Part shown: positions 38,146-51,597 of the stretch, piece after piece
How the letters are laid out: every line of letters starts with the position of its first letter
Numbering within the stretch: the first letter of the stretch is position 1
Assembly: GCA_038496445.1 (NCBI GenBank)
Contig: JALMLS010000385.1
Span: 1 to 64,000 of the forward strand
Length of the DNA: 64,000 bases
Origin: Trichosphaerium sp. ATCC 40318
Taxonomy: Eukaryota; Protista; Tubulinea
Reading direction: 5' to 3'
Program-made: the position numbers and the translations under genes
The notes under the pieces: model-generated
The model's database searches: none
What the model was told of the DNA's origin: nothing
What the model saw: only the letters and a program-made list of their open reading frames with translations

Positions 38146-39077
38146 CTGTTTATCCGTTTATAACCGGCTTTACAATACCCAACGTTTGCTTACTCGTGTT
38201 ACACAACAGTGATTGTGTTTTGAGGCAGTTCAGCAGACTTAAAGTAGTTAAGTTGTGCGAGTACACAAGAACACGTGATTGACGACATAATACGGCTGTT
38301 CAGCATTGCGGAAGGAATGGAAGTATACAAAATGTTAAAGAAAAGTTGGTGGAATTGCGATAACATAAACTTTGTGCAGTTACTTTCGAACGTCAACAGA
38401 GCAATGCTCATGGTTAATCGCAAAGGTAGAATTAAACTTCGCATAACTATGTAGTAATAAAGGATAGGCATTGCCGTATCAGGACAATCGTATACTGAGG
38501 TGTGCTTCAAACGATTCAGTCGCTAGTAAGAATGCAGTGTGAGCCGCACAAGATTGACCAGTAGCTTCAAACTTGTATCTGTTATCTCATCAGAGCCATG
38601 AATAAGGAGGCACTTGACATAGGTCATTGCTTTGACACATGATACTTGCTAAAATCTCTACAGGAATTTGTTTTACCTCTAGTTATACATTACCTTTGAT
38701 TCGCGCTGTAGGCAATCTGAGACGCCTTTTTAGACTGTCTTATTATTTTTTCCCCAAGGTACGCCTAAGCTAAGATTTCCTGATGTTTGGAGTCAAGTTC
38801 TTTGAAAGATTGAAAATAGTCTTGAAGCTGACCAATGTTATTTCTTCAAATACAACTATCTTAAAGTAGATGAAGCTTGGAACAAGTAGGGCCTTCTAAT
38901 TAGATTTTTGTTTGGTGGACATATTCACAGTTGGTTGGGCATTATATTTCCTGTCAATTTTATTTTAGATACTACGTTCTCAAGTTGTGCTAGTTTATTC
39001 TACAATTTTTGGTTCTTTTTTTTTTTCTCGTTTTTTTTTGGTATTAAATGATTATAGGACAGAAGCATTCTCTTCCT

Positions 39078-42000
39078 TTATACTTTACCATATACTCCGT
39101 TGGAGAATCTGGATCAATCCAAACTGGCCAACAATACCATTCATCTGTAGGACAAAAACATGTACTATTTGTTGGACAATCGCAAGGCCAACTGTTACAT
39201 CTAAAGGAACGTGAGACCATTTAGTTTTTGGGAAGGTACTTGATTCACTTACAGACAGTTTCCGTTGTCATCAATTGTTGCAAATACACAAAAGTGATTT
39301 GTAGTTGTGGGTGCTCTAGTGGTAGGAAATAGTGTTGGTACAAACATTGTTGGTGCTGTTGTGGGCATTCTTGTTGGTGGCCTTGTTGGTGCAATAGAAG
39401 GTTGAAATGTTGGTGATAAAGTCGGCTGTCTAGTTGGTGCACGTGTTGGCGCCACTGTAGGCTGTAGTGTTGGTGGTAAAGTAGGCTGTCTAGTTGGTGC
39501 ACGTGTTGGTACTACTGTAGGTTGTAGCGTCACTGGTGGGCTCGTGGTTGGGCTCAAAGTAGTTGGCGGATTTGTTGGCGCTACTGTTGGTGGTGCAGTT
39601 GGTGGTGTTGTTACAGGTGCTATTGTTGGAGAACTTGTTGTGGGCGAGGCAGTTGTGGGAGATATTGTTGGAGCTATGGTGCCTGGTGGAGTTGGTGACA
39701 ATGTAGTTGGAGGACTAGTTGTGGGAGCGCTTGTAGTTGGAGGTGAGGTTGTTGGTGTTACTGTAGGCGATACAGACGGTTGAATAGTTGGTGGATTTGT
39801 GGGTGGGTCTGTTGTGGGAGAAAGTGTAGTAGGTTGTAGGGTTGTTGGTGCTTGTGTAGGAGATGTTATTGGAGCCATAGTAGTTGGTGGGTTTGTAGTT
39901 GGCATTGAAGTTGGTGCCACAGTAGGCGGCTAATTATAGCTTAGTTGGCATGTTGTTTAACAAATGTTCTATCTTGCAGCGTACGTTAGTTGTTGGAGGA
40001 ATCGTTGTTGGCACTTCTATCGGTGGACTAGTTGTTGGTGGATTTGTCGTAGGTGAGTTTGTAGGTGAGACTGTTGGAGACAGTGTTGTAGGTGAACTGG
40101 TTGTTGGTTGAAGTGTTGTTGGTGATTCGGTTGGAGGAGTTGTTGTGGGTGGAATTGTAGTAGGTGCGATTGTAGTTGGTAGTGTTGTGGGAGGTAGTGT
40201 TGTTGGCGACAAAGTTGTGGGTGCTAGTGTTGTTGGAGGATTGGTTGGAGGAGATGTTGTAGGTGGTGAAGTAGTTGGTGGTAGAGTAGTTGGTTGAAGA
40301 GTTGTAGGTGGTGATGTTGTTGGTGGGTTGGTGGGTGGTGATGTCGTAGGCGAAGATGTCGTAGGTTGTAAAGTGGTGGGAGATAGGGTTGTAGGTACAA
40401 GAGTCGTTGGTACTAGAGTCGTAGGTGGCAGTGTTGTCGGTGCCTTGTTGTAAAGTATGTTAACAAAACACTGGTAACGACGTCGTTACGTACACGTGTT
40501 GTAGGAGATTGTGTTGTGGGTGGTGAGGTTGTTGGAGGTCCTTCTAAACACAACTGATTCGGAATAGGAGAGCAACATCGCTCAAAATCAGTTCTTAAAG
40601 AGGGACGTTAGTTAAAAATTACATCAAGTGTGAAAAGCCAGTTTTTGTTGCTTTTAAATCGTACCTGTATGTATCTGCGTTGGTGTAATGTATGAATGTT
40701 GTATTTCTTGATAGAACAAACGGAGAAGCGTTATAGTAAGCTCCACTAAAATTAAAGCATCCTTGCCCTTCAACACGTATTCTATATTCAATACAAGCCA
40801 TTTCTCCGAAAGTCTTTTTGGATGTGTTAATATGAATGAACCTCAAAAACAGAGAATGTTTAGTTATGGTACCATGTTGCCAACAAGGACTTCTGAATTT
40901 CCATACATTAAATTCATTTGTACAGACCCCTTAAAAGAGCTGTGAGTCACTTTGGGTTGTGAGATTTTTCAGAAAGTTGATAAACTTTAAAACTACAAAA
41001 AAACTGTTGGAGTGGTCGTACCGTTGTTGTTGTTACGTTTGTCTCCACGAAGGTAATTCCTGGAGGCTCAGGGATAAATACAACAACGTTGTTGACAGTA
41101 GACTGAGAAGGCTCGATGAGCGTAGTATTCATGTTAAACAGCATTATTTTAAATAAAAATACATCGCCTAAACAGGGAAAATCAGAAAATGCTGGTAGGT
41201 ATTTTTTTAGGATATCACGTTCCTGAAGATGGTCCTGGTAACCCTTCATCTGTATCTAGAGATACCGACATCTTAGCACTAAGTTGCGACGTACAACAAA
41301 GGTAACCAAACTGTGCATCTGTCGCAGGACGCATAGTTTGAAATTTAAACATAAGGCTGGTAGCCATTGCGTATTCCATGATGTTACCGGCAAGATATGG
41401 AGCAATGATATCTCGCTGACCTGTAATAACATCCACGGAAGATGATAGAGTAGTAACAGATACTATTACATGTGATAAGAAGGTGAACATTTGATTCAAA
41501 AGAAATGTAACAAATTACCAAGTACGATTTGGTTATTTTTCTTTTGCACCTTGTATTGGGTTGCCAGTAATGTTCAAGTTTGACGTTATATTGATGTATA
41601 TATCTACTCCGGTGAGATCCAAACTCAGTGCACGTATAAGAAAACTATCTATCAGATAATAAGTATGAGCAACATAACAACAACCTTTAGTAAAGATTCA
41701 GGCAAAAAAAAAAAAAAAGAAGAAAAAAAGTAAGAAACGTTTTAATTGTCGCGTGCAGATACGAAGTACAACACAGGATAAAACGAGATTAAATTCACTT
41801 GTAAATAAAGGACCTTTAGTATGCACCATCAGAGTCGAAATGAACAATGGACATAGTCGAGTAATACGAAAAAAAAAGCAATTTGTAAATTATTTAAGAT
41901 CTTGTCGACAGAAAAGCTTCTTACCGCAACCTCCGGTTGTCAAATCTATTGTCTGGTCGCTACTACTGTCTCCGTACTCCAACCTTGCATGAGATATAAC

Positions 42001-42312
42001 ATTCGCTGGGTTATTGAACATGAGAGCACTCATGTTCGTTATAGGAGATGTCGATATAAAAGCACGTGCGTTAAGGTTTAAAAAACCAAAAGGCGGTTCG
42101 TCTCTCGTGATACTAAGTCTTCTTTCGCCGAAAACTATTGTTCCATTCTCTTGCTGTGTTGTACGTGTATTCGGCAGTCCAAGGAAAGTTGGGTCAAAAA
42201 CGCTGAGCGTGTGATCTTCAAAGTCATCTAGAACAGGTGGAGTTTCCCTTCCGCATGCACCATAGAGTATACCAACCAATATAAGAGTTTGTAACAAACG
42301 TGCGAAACGCAT
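39078..42312 (-). CDS. Secreted mucin-like protein: globular N-terminal region, long Pro/Thr repeat stalk, short Cys-rich tail
   Basis: Signal peptide MRFARLLQTLILVGILYGA; PTTxx pentamer repeats across about 39290-40540; final exon CNSWPCDCPTNSTCFCPTDEWYC; internal exon boundaries partly uncertain. Confidence 0.8.
39290..40540 (-). repeat. Coding PT(T/S)xx pentapeptide repeat array, including a 60-bp duplication (QPTVxPTRAPTRQPTL)
   Basis: Directly visible GTTGGT-rich periodic sequence on the plus strand. Confidence 0.9.
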
Positions 42313-42711
42313 TATTTATCTAAATAAGAAGCGAATCTTTGTCACGTGAAAGCCTTCTTTTCTACGCGTTCGCTATGCAATATAATGTAACAGCGCTGTC
42401 TGTGGGTCTTTTTGACTGGTTGCGACTGTGTCGGAGTACTGACTGGAGTATTGAATCAAAGTGTCAACAGAAATTAATTGTGTACAAAACCAACGCGATG
42501 GTACAGTGTTGTAGGGTATTGGGCTCACTTGCCTTTTATGCTTCATGTTTTCTAGTTTGTTGTTGTGTCAACTAACGAATGAATAACCTCATGAAGGTCA
42601 AGTAAACGCCAAACACGTTTCACGAGCATTTTTCTTGCTTTATGAGAGAGCTACAGCCTTGAAGCTTCTTGACTGCGTTAAATAGTTTGTAAGTTCACTA
42701 GCGAAGCACAG

Positions 42712-45700
42712 ATGAGTACTACGCAAGCTGATAAAACGACGTCTTGCTCTGGCAAAATTGGTACGAAGAGAAGTCTGTTAAAAGTGCCAAGAGTGTCCTT
42801 GTTTTCATTCTGTAGCGTTTCTCTACGCGCTCAGGCGTGTATAGCGTAGTTTTAAACCGTATAGAAAATGGAACTCATGTCGCTTTTAACGGGTTCGCAA
42901 TTAGCGTCCCTATGCGATTTTTACATACAATTAACGCCGTTGAGCGTAACTCGAGAAACGAATACTAAAAAACGAAGTTAACGTGTAAACTTATTGTTGA
43001 ATTGTAGGTATTTGTGGTACAGATGATGCACCAGTAACCCCAAAAACAGTACCACTCGTTGGTGTTGACAAAGAAAGATTTGATGACGTTTGTAAGTTAA
43101 TTTTTGCTCTAAGACCTTAATTTTACATCTAAATCGTATTTAAACCTTTAGTAGAAGCGTTCGGCCAAGTAGGCCAACTTTCAAACTCAAAAACTTTTAC
43201 CAAACCCAGAAACATCCCACTAACCTCCGTTTAGCCTTTATGACAGCCATGGGTATTGTATTACTAGGTAACTACGCCCAAACAGGTCACTTTGGAGGAC
43301 CTCTCTCTTATACACCTGCAAACGTTGCTGCACACTTGGGTACGTTTAAAATACGTTCTTTACAACACCAAACTAAGATCTACGTAGGTGGTCCTGAAAA
43401 CGGTGGATTGTCATACGACATCAAAGCACCAAAACACCCTTTCTCTGATAAATTCATGTTGGCTGGAGGTCATTGTATCCCAACATGCTATTCTCTTTGG
43501 ATCATTCTCTATGAAGCTATGGCTCGTAAATATGCTGAAACAAAGGATGATAAATACAAGTGTGATCCTGATACAGCAATGCTTAGCATTGATTGCTTAG
43601 GGTAAAACTCTTTTTTTTTCTGAAGACTTTCGATTTTAAAATGACGATTTTCGAGTTTAAATGACGATTGTACTCGTTTTATTCGTCTTTTCAGTATCGT
43701 TTTTATAATGTCTTATTTATGTTCTAAATGATTGATTGTTTATTTTTACAGATTCCGTCGTACTCAAGACGCTGTGGATACATTGTTGAAAGACAACGAC
43801 TTGACTGATAATCCTATTTTCGCTCAAGCCAAAATCAGAGGCATTCGCGCTCTTATGGGTCATGCTGAGACTACAGATGTTACCAATGATGTTAACGGAG
43901 GTCCTTCTGGTATTGGTGTACGTTAAAGCACTGTAACACGGCGGTTTTTGAACCTTCTTTTTGGCTTCCAGTTGTTTCTTTTTTCTAACTTTTTTTTTTG
44001 TACAGGTTGCCAATACTGCTGGAAAAGCTCTCTTCTGGGATCTTGTAAATGCTCCTGAAGATATGAAAGTAATTGTATTCGAAGGAGAGTTTGCATTCAC
44101 GGAGGGTCACGCTCAAGAGCTTAAAACTATGGCTCTTGCACAAAAGGTTTGTGAAACTTTACTGGTTTTTTTGTTTTATTTTTGAGTTTTCTTATGCTTT
44201 TCAGGTTGGTAAGAGATGCCGTCTTTTCTTCTCATACAACAATGCTGGTATTGATGATAAGCTTGTTGGTGGTGTTATTCATGAAAAATATGAAAAAGCT
44301 TATGACATGGTCAAACAATTCACATCTTATGGCAAGTCAAAATTCATGTTTCTTTCGAATGTCAGTGATTGTTAATACGATTTTCAGGTTGGAATGTTAT
44401 CACAGTTGATCATGGTGATGATATTGAAGAGCTTCTAGCTGCTTACAAACATTTGGAAGAACTAGACCCTCTTGATCGCCGACCATGTGTCATTATCGCC
44501 ACGACTGTCAAAGGTATGTGCATGAATCTTGAGGGGCGACTTTTAGTTTTCTAATTTTTTATCAAAAGGCTGGTGGCCTGGTGCAAAAGATGGTAAAGTA
44601 AGCGGTACAGAACAAATTGTTAGTTACAAGAGCCATCCATATGGTTTCAAGACCAATACACCTTACTTCAATGCAATGGCAAAGAGCTTTGAAGATCACT
44701 TTGGAGTAAAATTTGTCGGACTTGATAGTCAACCAAAGTCTGAAAAAGTACGACATTCTACAACAGCATAAGCGTATGTTAACGTATTTATTAGGATCGT
44801 ATTATCGAATTTAAAACCAATTATGATGTTATGTTATCCGTCATGGAAAAGAAAGCAGGTACAAGACCAAAAACAGAATATCTTATTTTTTTTCTGCTTT
44901 TTTTTTTCTGTCCTTCTTTCACGTTCACTATTGTACAATAATTAGACCAAAATATCAATTTAACATTTAATAATCGTCATTCTTTCTTCAGAGTAATTTT
45001 GCTCGTGCCTACAAGTAGGTTCAAAACAAAGCCTAAGATAACTGATTTTCTTGCTTTTTTAAATTATATCTTTCTAACGCTGTTGTCAATATAGGTTTGG
45101 GTTCATGGATAGCTGATAGACTTGTTAGTATTGCTGAAACACTAAATGCTCGTAACACATCATTTAAAGACTTGACAATCACCACAAACACATTTTTGGA
45201 TAAAAGATTGAGCGTACGTTTTGACGTCTTGTTGGATCTTTTTCACCTCTTTGATGGCTTCTATCATGCTAAAGACCTTTTCTAGGTTGAAAATATCCCA
45301 GTCACACGCCAGGAAGTCACAATGAAGCATCCTACTACTGGCGCTGATATCAAGAAAACTATTGACCTCATTTTGCCTGCAGGCACAAAGAAGGGTGCTC
45401 GAAGAGCTATTTCTGAGATTGGTAAGCAAACTTTAGGCTTTCTTTGTTCCTACAATAGTGATAATATATAAGGCTCTATGGTTACTAACTATTAATTATA
45501 GGAAAGTGGGTTAACTACTGCACTGGTAACAGATGGTTGACTGTCGCTGCTGATTTGAGTAACTCTATCAATGTTGAGAATGCCAACTTCTTGGGTCACT
45601 ATGATCCAGATACAAATCCTAGAGGCACAAGACTTAAAGCTGGTATTACAGAATGTGTAAATGCTGCTACTGTTACTGGTATTTGCTCTCAAACTGTATC

Positions 45701-47060
45701 AAAAGATCCTAACGTAAGTTTTCTTTTTTTTTTTTTTTGTTTACTATCCAATTTTTTAACTGTTGTTTTTTAGAACCATGTCGGTTATTGGGGTGTATCT
45801 GGTACTTATGGTGCATTCACACCTCTAATGTACTTACCATTACGTATCTTCTCTCAACAAAACCAAGACTCTCCTTTCGCCCTCGGTGTTGTACGTCAAA
45901 TTCTCTTTTTTCTTCGAAGAAAAATGTTGTATTTTGAAGTTTACGTCTTTGTGGCTTCTTGAATTTTCGTTACTTTAATACTAACTTCATACAAGGCCAC
46001 TATTGTTGCTGGACATTCTGGTCCAGAAACAGCAGCCGATGCTAGATCTCATTTTGGTGTATTTTCGCCTCAATGTTGGCGTTTGTTCCCACAAGGTCAA
46101 GTACTTAACTTGTTCCTGTGGGATTATAATGATGTTGCTCCTGCTTACTTCAAAGCTGTTGAACATGCAGCTAAAACACGTAAAGTTGGTATTATTGTCA
46201 TCCACGTGCGTATTTTTTTGTTACCAAAAAGGCCTGTACTTTCTCAGTTTTTTCTTACAATTTTTTTTCTTCAAGGTTGCTCGCCCAGATATTCCAGTAG
46301 TTGACAGATCAACACTACATGATAAAGACGTAAAAGCAGCCGCAAAAGGTACGTATCAATTTCAAAACCAAAACCTAATACAACAGCAATGCCATTGAAG
46401 CTGTTGGTTCCTTACCATTTATTTCTTACTTTTTTTTCAAGGTTGTTATTTGATCAAGGAGTACACCAAGGATAAGCCAAAGCATGGTACTATCTTGCTA
46501 CAGGGATCATCATCTACAATCAACCTTATACGTGTTCTACCACGACTTGAAGCCGCTGGAATTAACGTTAGAGTCGTATCTGTTATTTCAGAAGATTTGT
46601 TCAAGTAAGTTTTTTTTTTTTTGATTTTCTTTTGCTTACAAGAATAGGCTTATGCCTCAAGAATATCAAGATGAAGTTATGCCTGCATGGGCTTACTTTG
46701 ATTGTATGGTAATCACTACAGGAACTAAGCGTGTGATGCCACTATCTAACGTAAGTCAAACGCCAAAAAGAAAATTCAGTTTTTTTTTTTCCTGCCTGAA
46801 CAAAAAGTTTTTTGGGCAAACTAGTTTAGTTATTTCCTTTGTCACTATTCTAATCGTTTTAAACTTAGCTTGGTCCTTTGACTAAAGAGTATACTATGTG
46901 TTCCGATTGGGATGATAAATGGCGTTCTGGTGGCCTTGAAAAGGATGTCATCAAAGAAGCTCACCTTGATGAAGATTCAATTTTTGAAGGTGTCAAAAAA
47001 TTCGCTGATGAACGTGATAATCGCCTTGATAGACAACGTAAAGCTTTTGGTATGCTTTAA
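42712..47060 (+). CDS. Divergent transketolase-family ThDP enzyme, many exons
   Basis: QTGHFGGP, DKFMLAGGH, LMGHAE, GGPSGIG, EG..E..NNAGIDD, SYGWNV, TVKG, AADLSNS, GITE, GHSG..TAADARSH. Confidence 0.88.
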
Positions 47061-47527
47061 ATACTCTCCTTACATGAAATGCTCCCTTTTTGACCATATA
47101 TCAACTACATCAGTTGTGAGTTTGAATAAAACTGACTTACCACTTCATTTTGTCTACAAAGCTCAAAAATTTGACATAACTGTCTCTCTTTGTTAACCAA
47201 GCAACAGTTTTTTTTTTACTACCGGAATTCATTTGGATTTGCTACTTGTAATATCACTATCATTCAAATCCGCCGTTGCCATTCGTGAGAGTGGGTATAT
47301 TTGAACTTTGTTGGTGAATCTACGTTGACCTTGATTGAAAAGGCATTGAGTCCTAGCTACACCTCACAACACGTGATAAGTCGAACTTGAGGCGTATTGT
47401 TACTGTTATCTATTTCATGTAAATAACCATGTGCTACGAGCAGAACTGTTCGCGTCACTAGTGAATTTTTAAGACTTATTAGCTAGAGTTGACTTATAGG
47501 AATGGCAACGGACAGTAGTCTAAAGAA

Positions 47528-48497
47528 ATGAAGCGCAAGGCGTCGTTAGCCATCGGTGAACCACCCAAGAAGATAAAAAAGCTTACAAACTATTGTACAG
47601 ACGCTCTGGAATCATTATCTGATAAACTTCAAGAACAGCTAAACATATCCCAAGTACCTATAGAAGCACTCTCTGATAATATAATAGATCGTGTTACTAG
47701 TATTTATGCAAAGGGAGTATTAAAATCACTGTGTGGCATGTACAAACAGCTAAAGCTGCCCAACATCGCAAATAATCCAAAGGCCCATAAAAAAGTGTTA
47801 TTGGCATTAAAAGATCAAACTGATAAAGTTGTATACACAGATGACTTCAAATCTCGTTTTGCCACATGGATAAAATCTATGAGAGAGTTCTTGGAAAGTT
47901 CTAAGAAATCAGAGCCAATCAGTGCAGATGAAAACGATTTTCCTGTTCCAAACTGTGATAGTCAAGAACAAATTCATCAATTACTTCTTTTGGGAGACAT
48001 GATTGAGGTTCACCAATTTGGTATGTACTTGATTGTGATTAGGAGCTATTTTGCGTTAAAATACATAGCCAACCTTGGTTTAACTTAACTTTTGGTTGTA
48101 CTGATATCTTATAGAAAAAACAGATTCTTTCACATCTTACTGTGATGGTGTAACCTACAGTGTTGATGCAATGATTGGCACAGGTCAGGATAAATTATTC
48201 CTTGAGTTTTGTGTTGCAGATTTTCATATTTACAAACAACATATGCATGTAGTAGACTGGGAATTTAGAAGAAATTGTGACATTGTTTATTCTGAATCTT
48301 CTGGGAGAGACTTAACAGTAGACGGTGGCATTGAAGAAATAGAGGAACTTCAAAAAGATACATTCAAACTCATAGCACCTCTGCTTGGAATAGATGCACA
48401 AATGGTTTTCACCACACTGCAGTTTCTTACACTGTTGCAAATCATCTTTGATTGTGACTGTAAGTATGCATCATCATTCTTACAACTATACAAATGA
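47528..48497 (+). CDS. Hypothetical protein, 2 exons, N-terminal bipartite NLS-like motif
   Basis: KRKASLAIGEPPKKIKK; two ORFs joined by a GT-AG intron of about 48021-48114. Confidence 0.65.
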
Positions 48498-48763
48498 GAA
48501 CAAGTTAGTTGTTGTATAGTCACGTTTATATTCAATAAAGTATAAGTACTCTGTCACGTATCCAAGATCTACTGCTTGAGCCGGGAGTGTTTGTTTTAGC
48601 ATAGTTTATTTAAGCTGCTCTTACCATTTTGTTACCTCCTTTATGTAAATAGGTTTTTTTGACAGGCGTCTTATTTTAATCTCGCAGTAATGTTGGAATA
48701 CAAAAGTATTTATTGAGATTGTTTACAAGCAAAATACCAGCGTTACATGAAAAACACAGGTTT

Positions 48764-49265
48764 TTAATTTGTACTTGATGGCAGTGTTGGCAGTAGATTA
48801 ATCGGTGTCAGAGTAGTGGGGAGTGTTGTTGGAGGAAAGCCTGGTATAATTGCTTGTTGCCGGATTGGTTCAACGAGAGTTTTATAAACACAGCCTATAT
48901 CATTGCAAATACGCCTCTTGATTGAAGTAACATTGTTGCTATCTGCTTCATCAAGAGCTAACTCTTCCTCGTTATAACGAGGTGAATCTCTTGAGAATAC
49001 AATATCTCCTGCGTGGTTAATAACTTCTAAGCGGAAAGGTTCAACGTCTTCATCTTCTTCGTCTGTAAGAGTATAGCACTTTGGTTTGATCAATATCATC
49101 GAAGCGTTGAACTGGTTGCACTGGGAATTATTCGATTGTACAAGAACTGTTTCTGTCCTTATTGTATTACCAAGTAATGGGAGATCTGCATGGGCACTTC
49201 CTTATTATTGATCTGTCATATTTGTAAAGTTGCAAGAACTGATAGAAAACAGGGTAAACAACATT
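48764..49265 (-). pseudogene. Gene fragment with in-frame stops and a PT-rich end
   Basis: Frame ...MTDQ**GSAHADLPLLG... continues into the 111-aa ORF ending PPTTLPTTLTP. Confidence 0.3.
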
Positions 49266-49429
49266 CGCAAGACATCACGCTTAGGTACGCAGTAACATGC
49301 GCTTGATGTTAACCTTGATTAACTCATTCACTTAAGTGGTTTTGAAAAAAAAAGATATCCGTTTACCGAAAAGGAAAAAAACGGAAAAACGGAGCGTGGC
49401 TTAAAATGCCTTTTCAAACAAAAAAAAAA

Positions 49430-51248
49430 ATGTCGTTAAAAGGAGCGCTAGTAGTACTCGCAATAGTTTTAACGCTAGTGTATTCTTCGATTGCTTGCGT
49501 AGTACCTTCGAGTGGCCTACTAGCATTGTGGAAACTGGACGAAATCAACTCTAATTACACGGTTGATGCCATCAGTTCAAGGAGAGCAGAGTTTGGAGGT
49601 TTAATAGGCGTTGATTTTGAAGTTACTCAGGTACGCTAGTACAAAAAGTTGACATTTTATAAAAAAACTTACCTGGTACTATCACGTGATAAGACCTCTC
49701 TCACGTTTAATGGTACAATGTTTAAAGGAGATGCGCTACTTACAATTACCGACGATCAACAACTTTTCGACCCAGGAGAAGGTAACGTTATTATTAAAAG
49801 TCACGTGGTAAACCGCAATCTTTCATGTCTAACGGTTTTTTTTTTCGTATCTAGGAAGTTTTACAATCGAATTTTGGATGCAGTCTTTTAATCTTACAGG
49901 AAAAAGAACAATAGTAAAACACGATGCCATAGGAGGTAGTTTCTCGTTATTCACTATTGACCAAGAGATCGTGTTCGCTTTAGAAGTTGGTAAGTTTTTT
50001 CTTTTTTTATTTTTCCGGTCTCCGCTAGTTCGTGAAAAATTGCACGTGTTTTGTGTACAAAACATCTACTAAACGTACAATTACAGGTACCAAAGTCTTC
50101 TTCGTTGATTCCGGTGTACCTATCGTTGAAAATACATACCATCACGTGGGCATAGTTTGGGACAGGTAAACATCGATTGTTTGTTATTAAATTGTCTTCT
50201 AACGTGCTGTCAAGTGTACAAAGTTCTGCTTCTCTCTACTGGGGTTAGTAGCGTTCGATATTATTACTTCTACCTTTTTGACACATCTTAGATGGCTCTA
50301 AACAAGTCACACAAATGAGCGCACCACTTCCAATTCCTCGAAATGTGTCGACTACAGTACATATTGGATGGGGAGCATTTGAAAACTTCTATGGGGTGTT
50401 AGCTCAGGTACTAAACTACACATTTACTCTTCATGACTTTTTCTGATGGTGATGTTCTCTGTAGTTCTCGCTTTATAACACAACTCTCAATGAGACGCAA
50501 ATACAAGATATTGCAGCATCAAGTACGTAGATAGGTTTAAGCCGAATGCGAATAATAATAAAATAGGTATTGGAAAATGTCTTCCAACTCAAAGTCCGAC
50601 AGAGACACCAGCGTTAAACCCTACAGCAACATTTAACACCAGTAAGTGTCACTCTAACTCTAAGATCTATTAAGTGTTATTAGCATGTGTTGGTGAGGCA
50701 CCTCCATCAGCTGTTTGTGACGAAGACAACCAAAAGTGGGTTGTAACAGACCCTATAGTTATTCAAGACAGTGAACTGAGGATAGACGTTTCAACTAAGT
50801 TCAAAGGTACCTCATAGCAACTACAGCGTTTTATCTTACTGACACGTGTATTAAAGACGTAGTAACAGTGTCAGATGAAACAAAAATATTTCTATCTAGT
50901 GACGCTACTCTTTTTTTCGACCTTTGCCCTACCATCGACACCACTCTTGATATCTTCCTGACTCAAGTGTCTGATGACGGACAAACAGTGTTAACGTTTC
51001 CTATTCAATGTAATGACACAACAGCTAAGACAAGATTGTTTGAAGCAGTAGAATCATGTCATGAAATCACAAGAAGTGACTCAAAAGGTGATATTTCAAT
51101 TATTTGGACAATCAAAGACTGCTCTGATGGTATCAGCGATACTCTTATTATAGTCATTTCAGTTGTTGCCTTTGTACTTGTTGTACTTGTTGTAAGCGTC
51201 CTTGTGTACATATTCGTGTTCTACAAACGAGGGAAATACAGAATGTAA
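49430..51248 (+). CDS. Type I membrane LamG-domain protein, paralog of 34358 gene
   Basis: CVVPSSGLLALWKLDE, GSFTIEFWM, YHHVGIVWD, HIGWG..FYG; matching intron positions and C-terminal module; TM LIIVISVVAFVLVVLVVSVLVYIFVF. Confidence 0.85.
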
Positions 51249-51597
51249 ACATCTAATGAACTAATACTCATACTGTCTATTCAACAGTAAATTTTACAGC
51301 TAGACTTTCGCCTTTGTTGCTCATCAATTTCAGTAATAAACGAAAATAGCTATCCATCCTAGAGGATTTCTGTATCAACAATAGTACTTGAAAAGGTGTT
51401 TAGTATTGTCGCGAAAACAAAGGTAACCTAAGAACAAAACCAATTTTCCGGTATTTTAAACGGTCCGTATGAATCACAACCTTAACTTAGTAATGTTACG
51501 TCACGTGTGGTTTTTTTTCTACATGAAGTTGTACCCTCAACCAGCAATCAAGGTTTTGCTTTTTTTGATACAAAAGGATAAGTACAGAAAATCGATA

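Noticed and set aside
43152-43234. Possible micro-exon plus non-canonical donor in the transketolase gene
   Set aside because: A single GT-AG intron 43092-43234 restores the frame
47341-47400. Weak resemblance to the SRP RNA Alu domain
   Set aside because: No helix 8 motif or long stem visible
49667-49676. ACTTACCTGG resembling the U1 snRNA 5' end
   Set aside because: Lies in a short intron of a coding gene; no U1 stem-loops or Sm site follow
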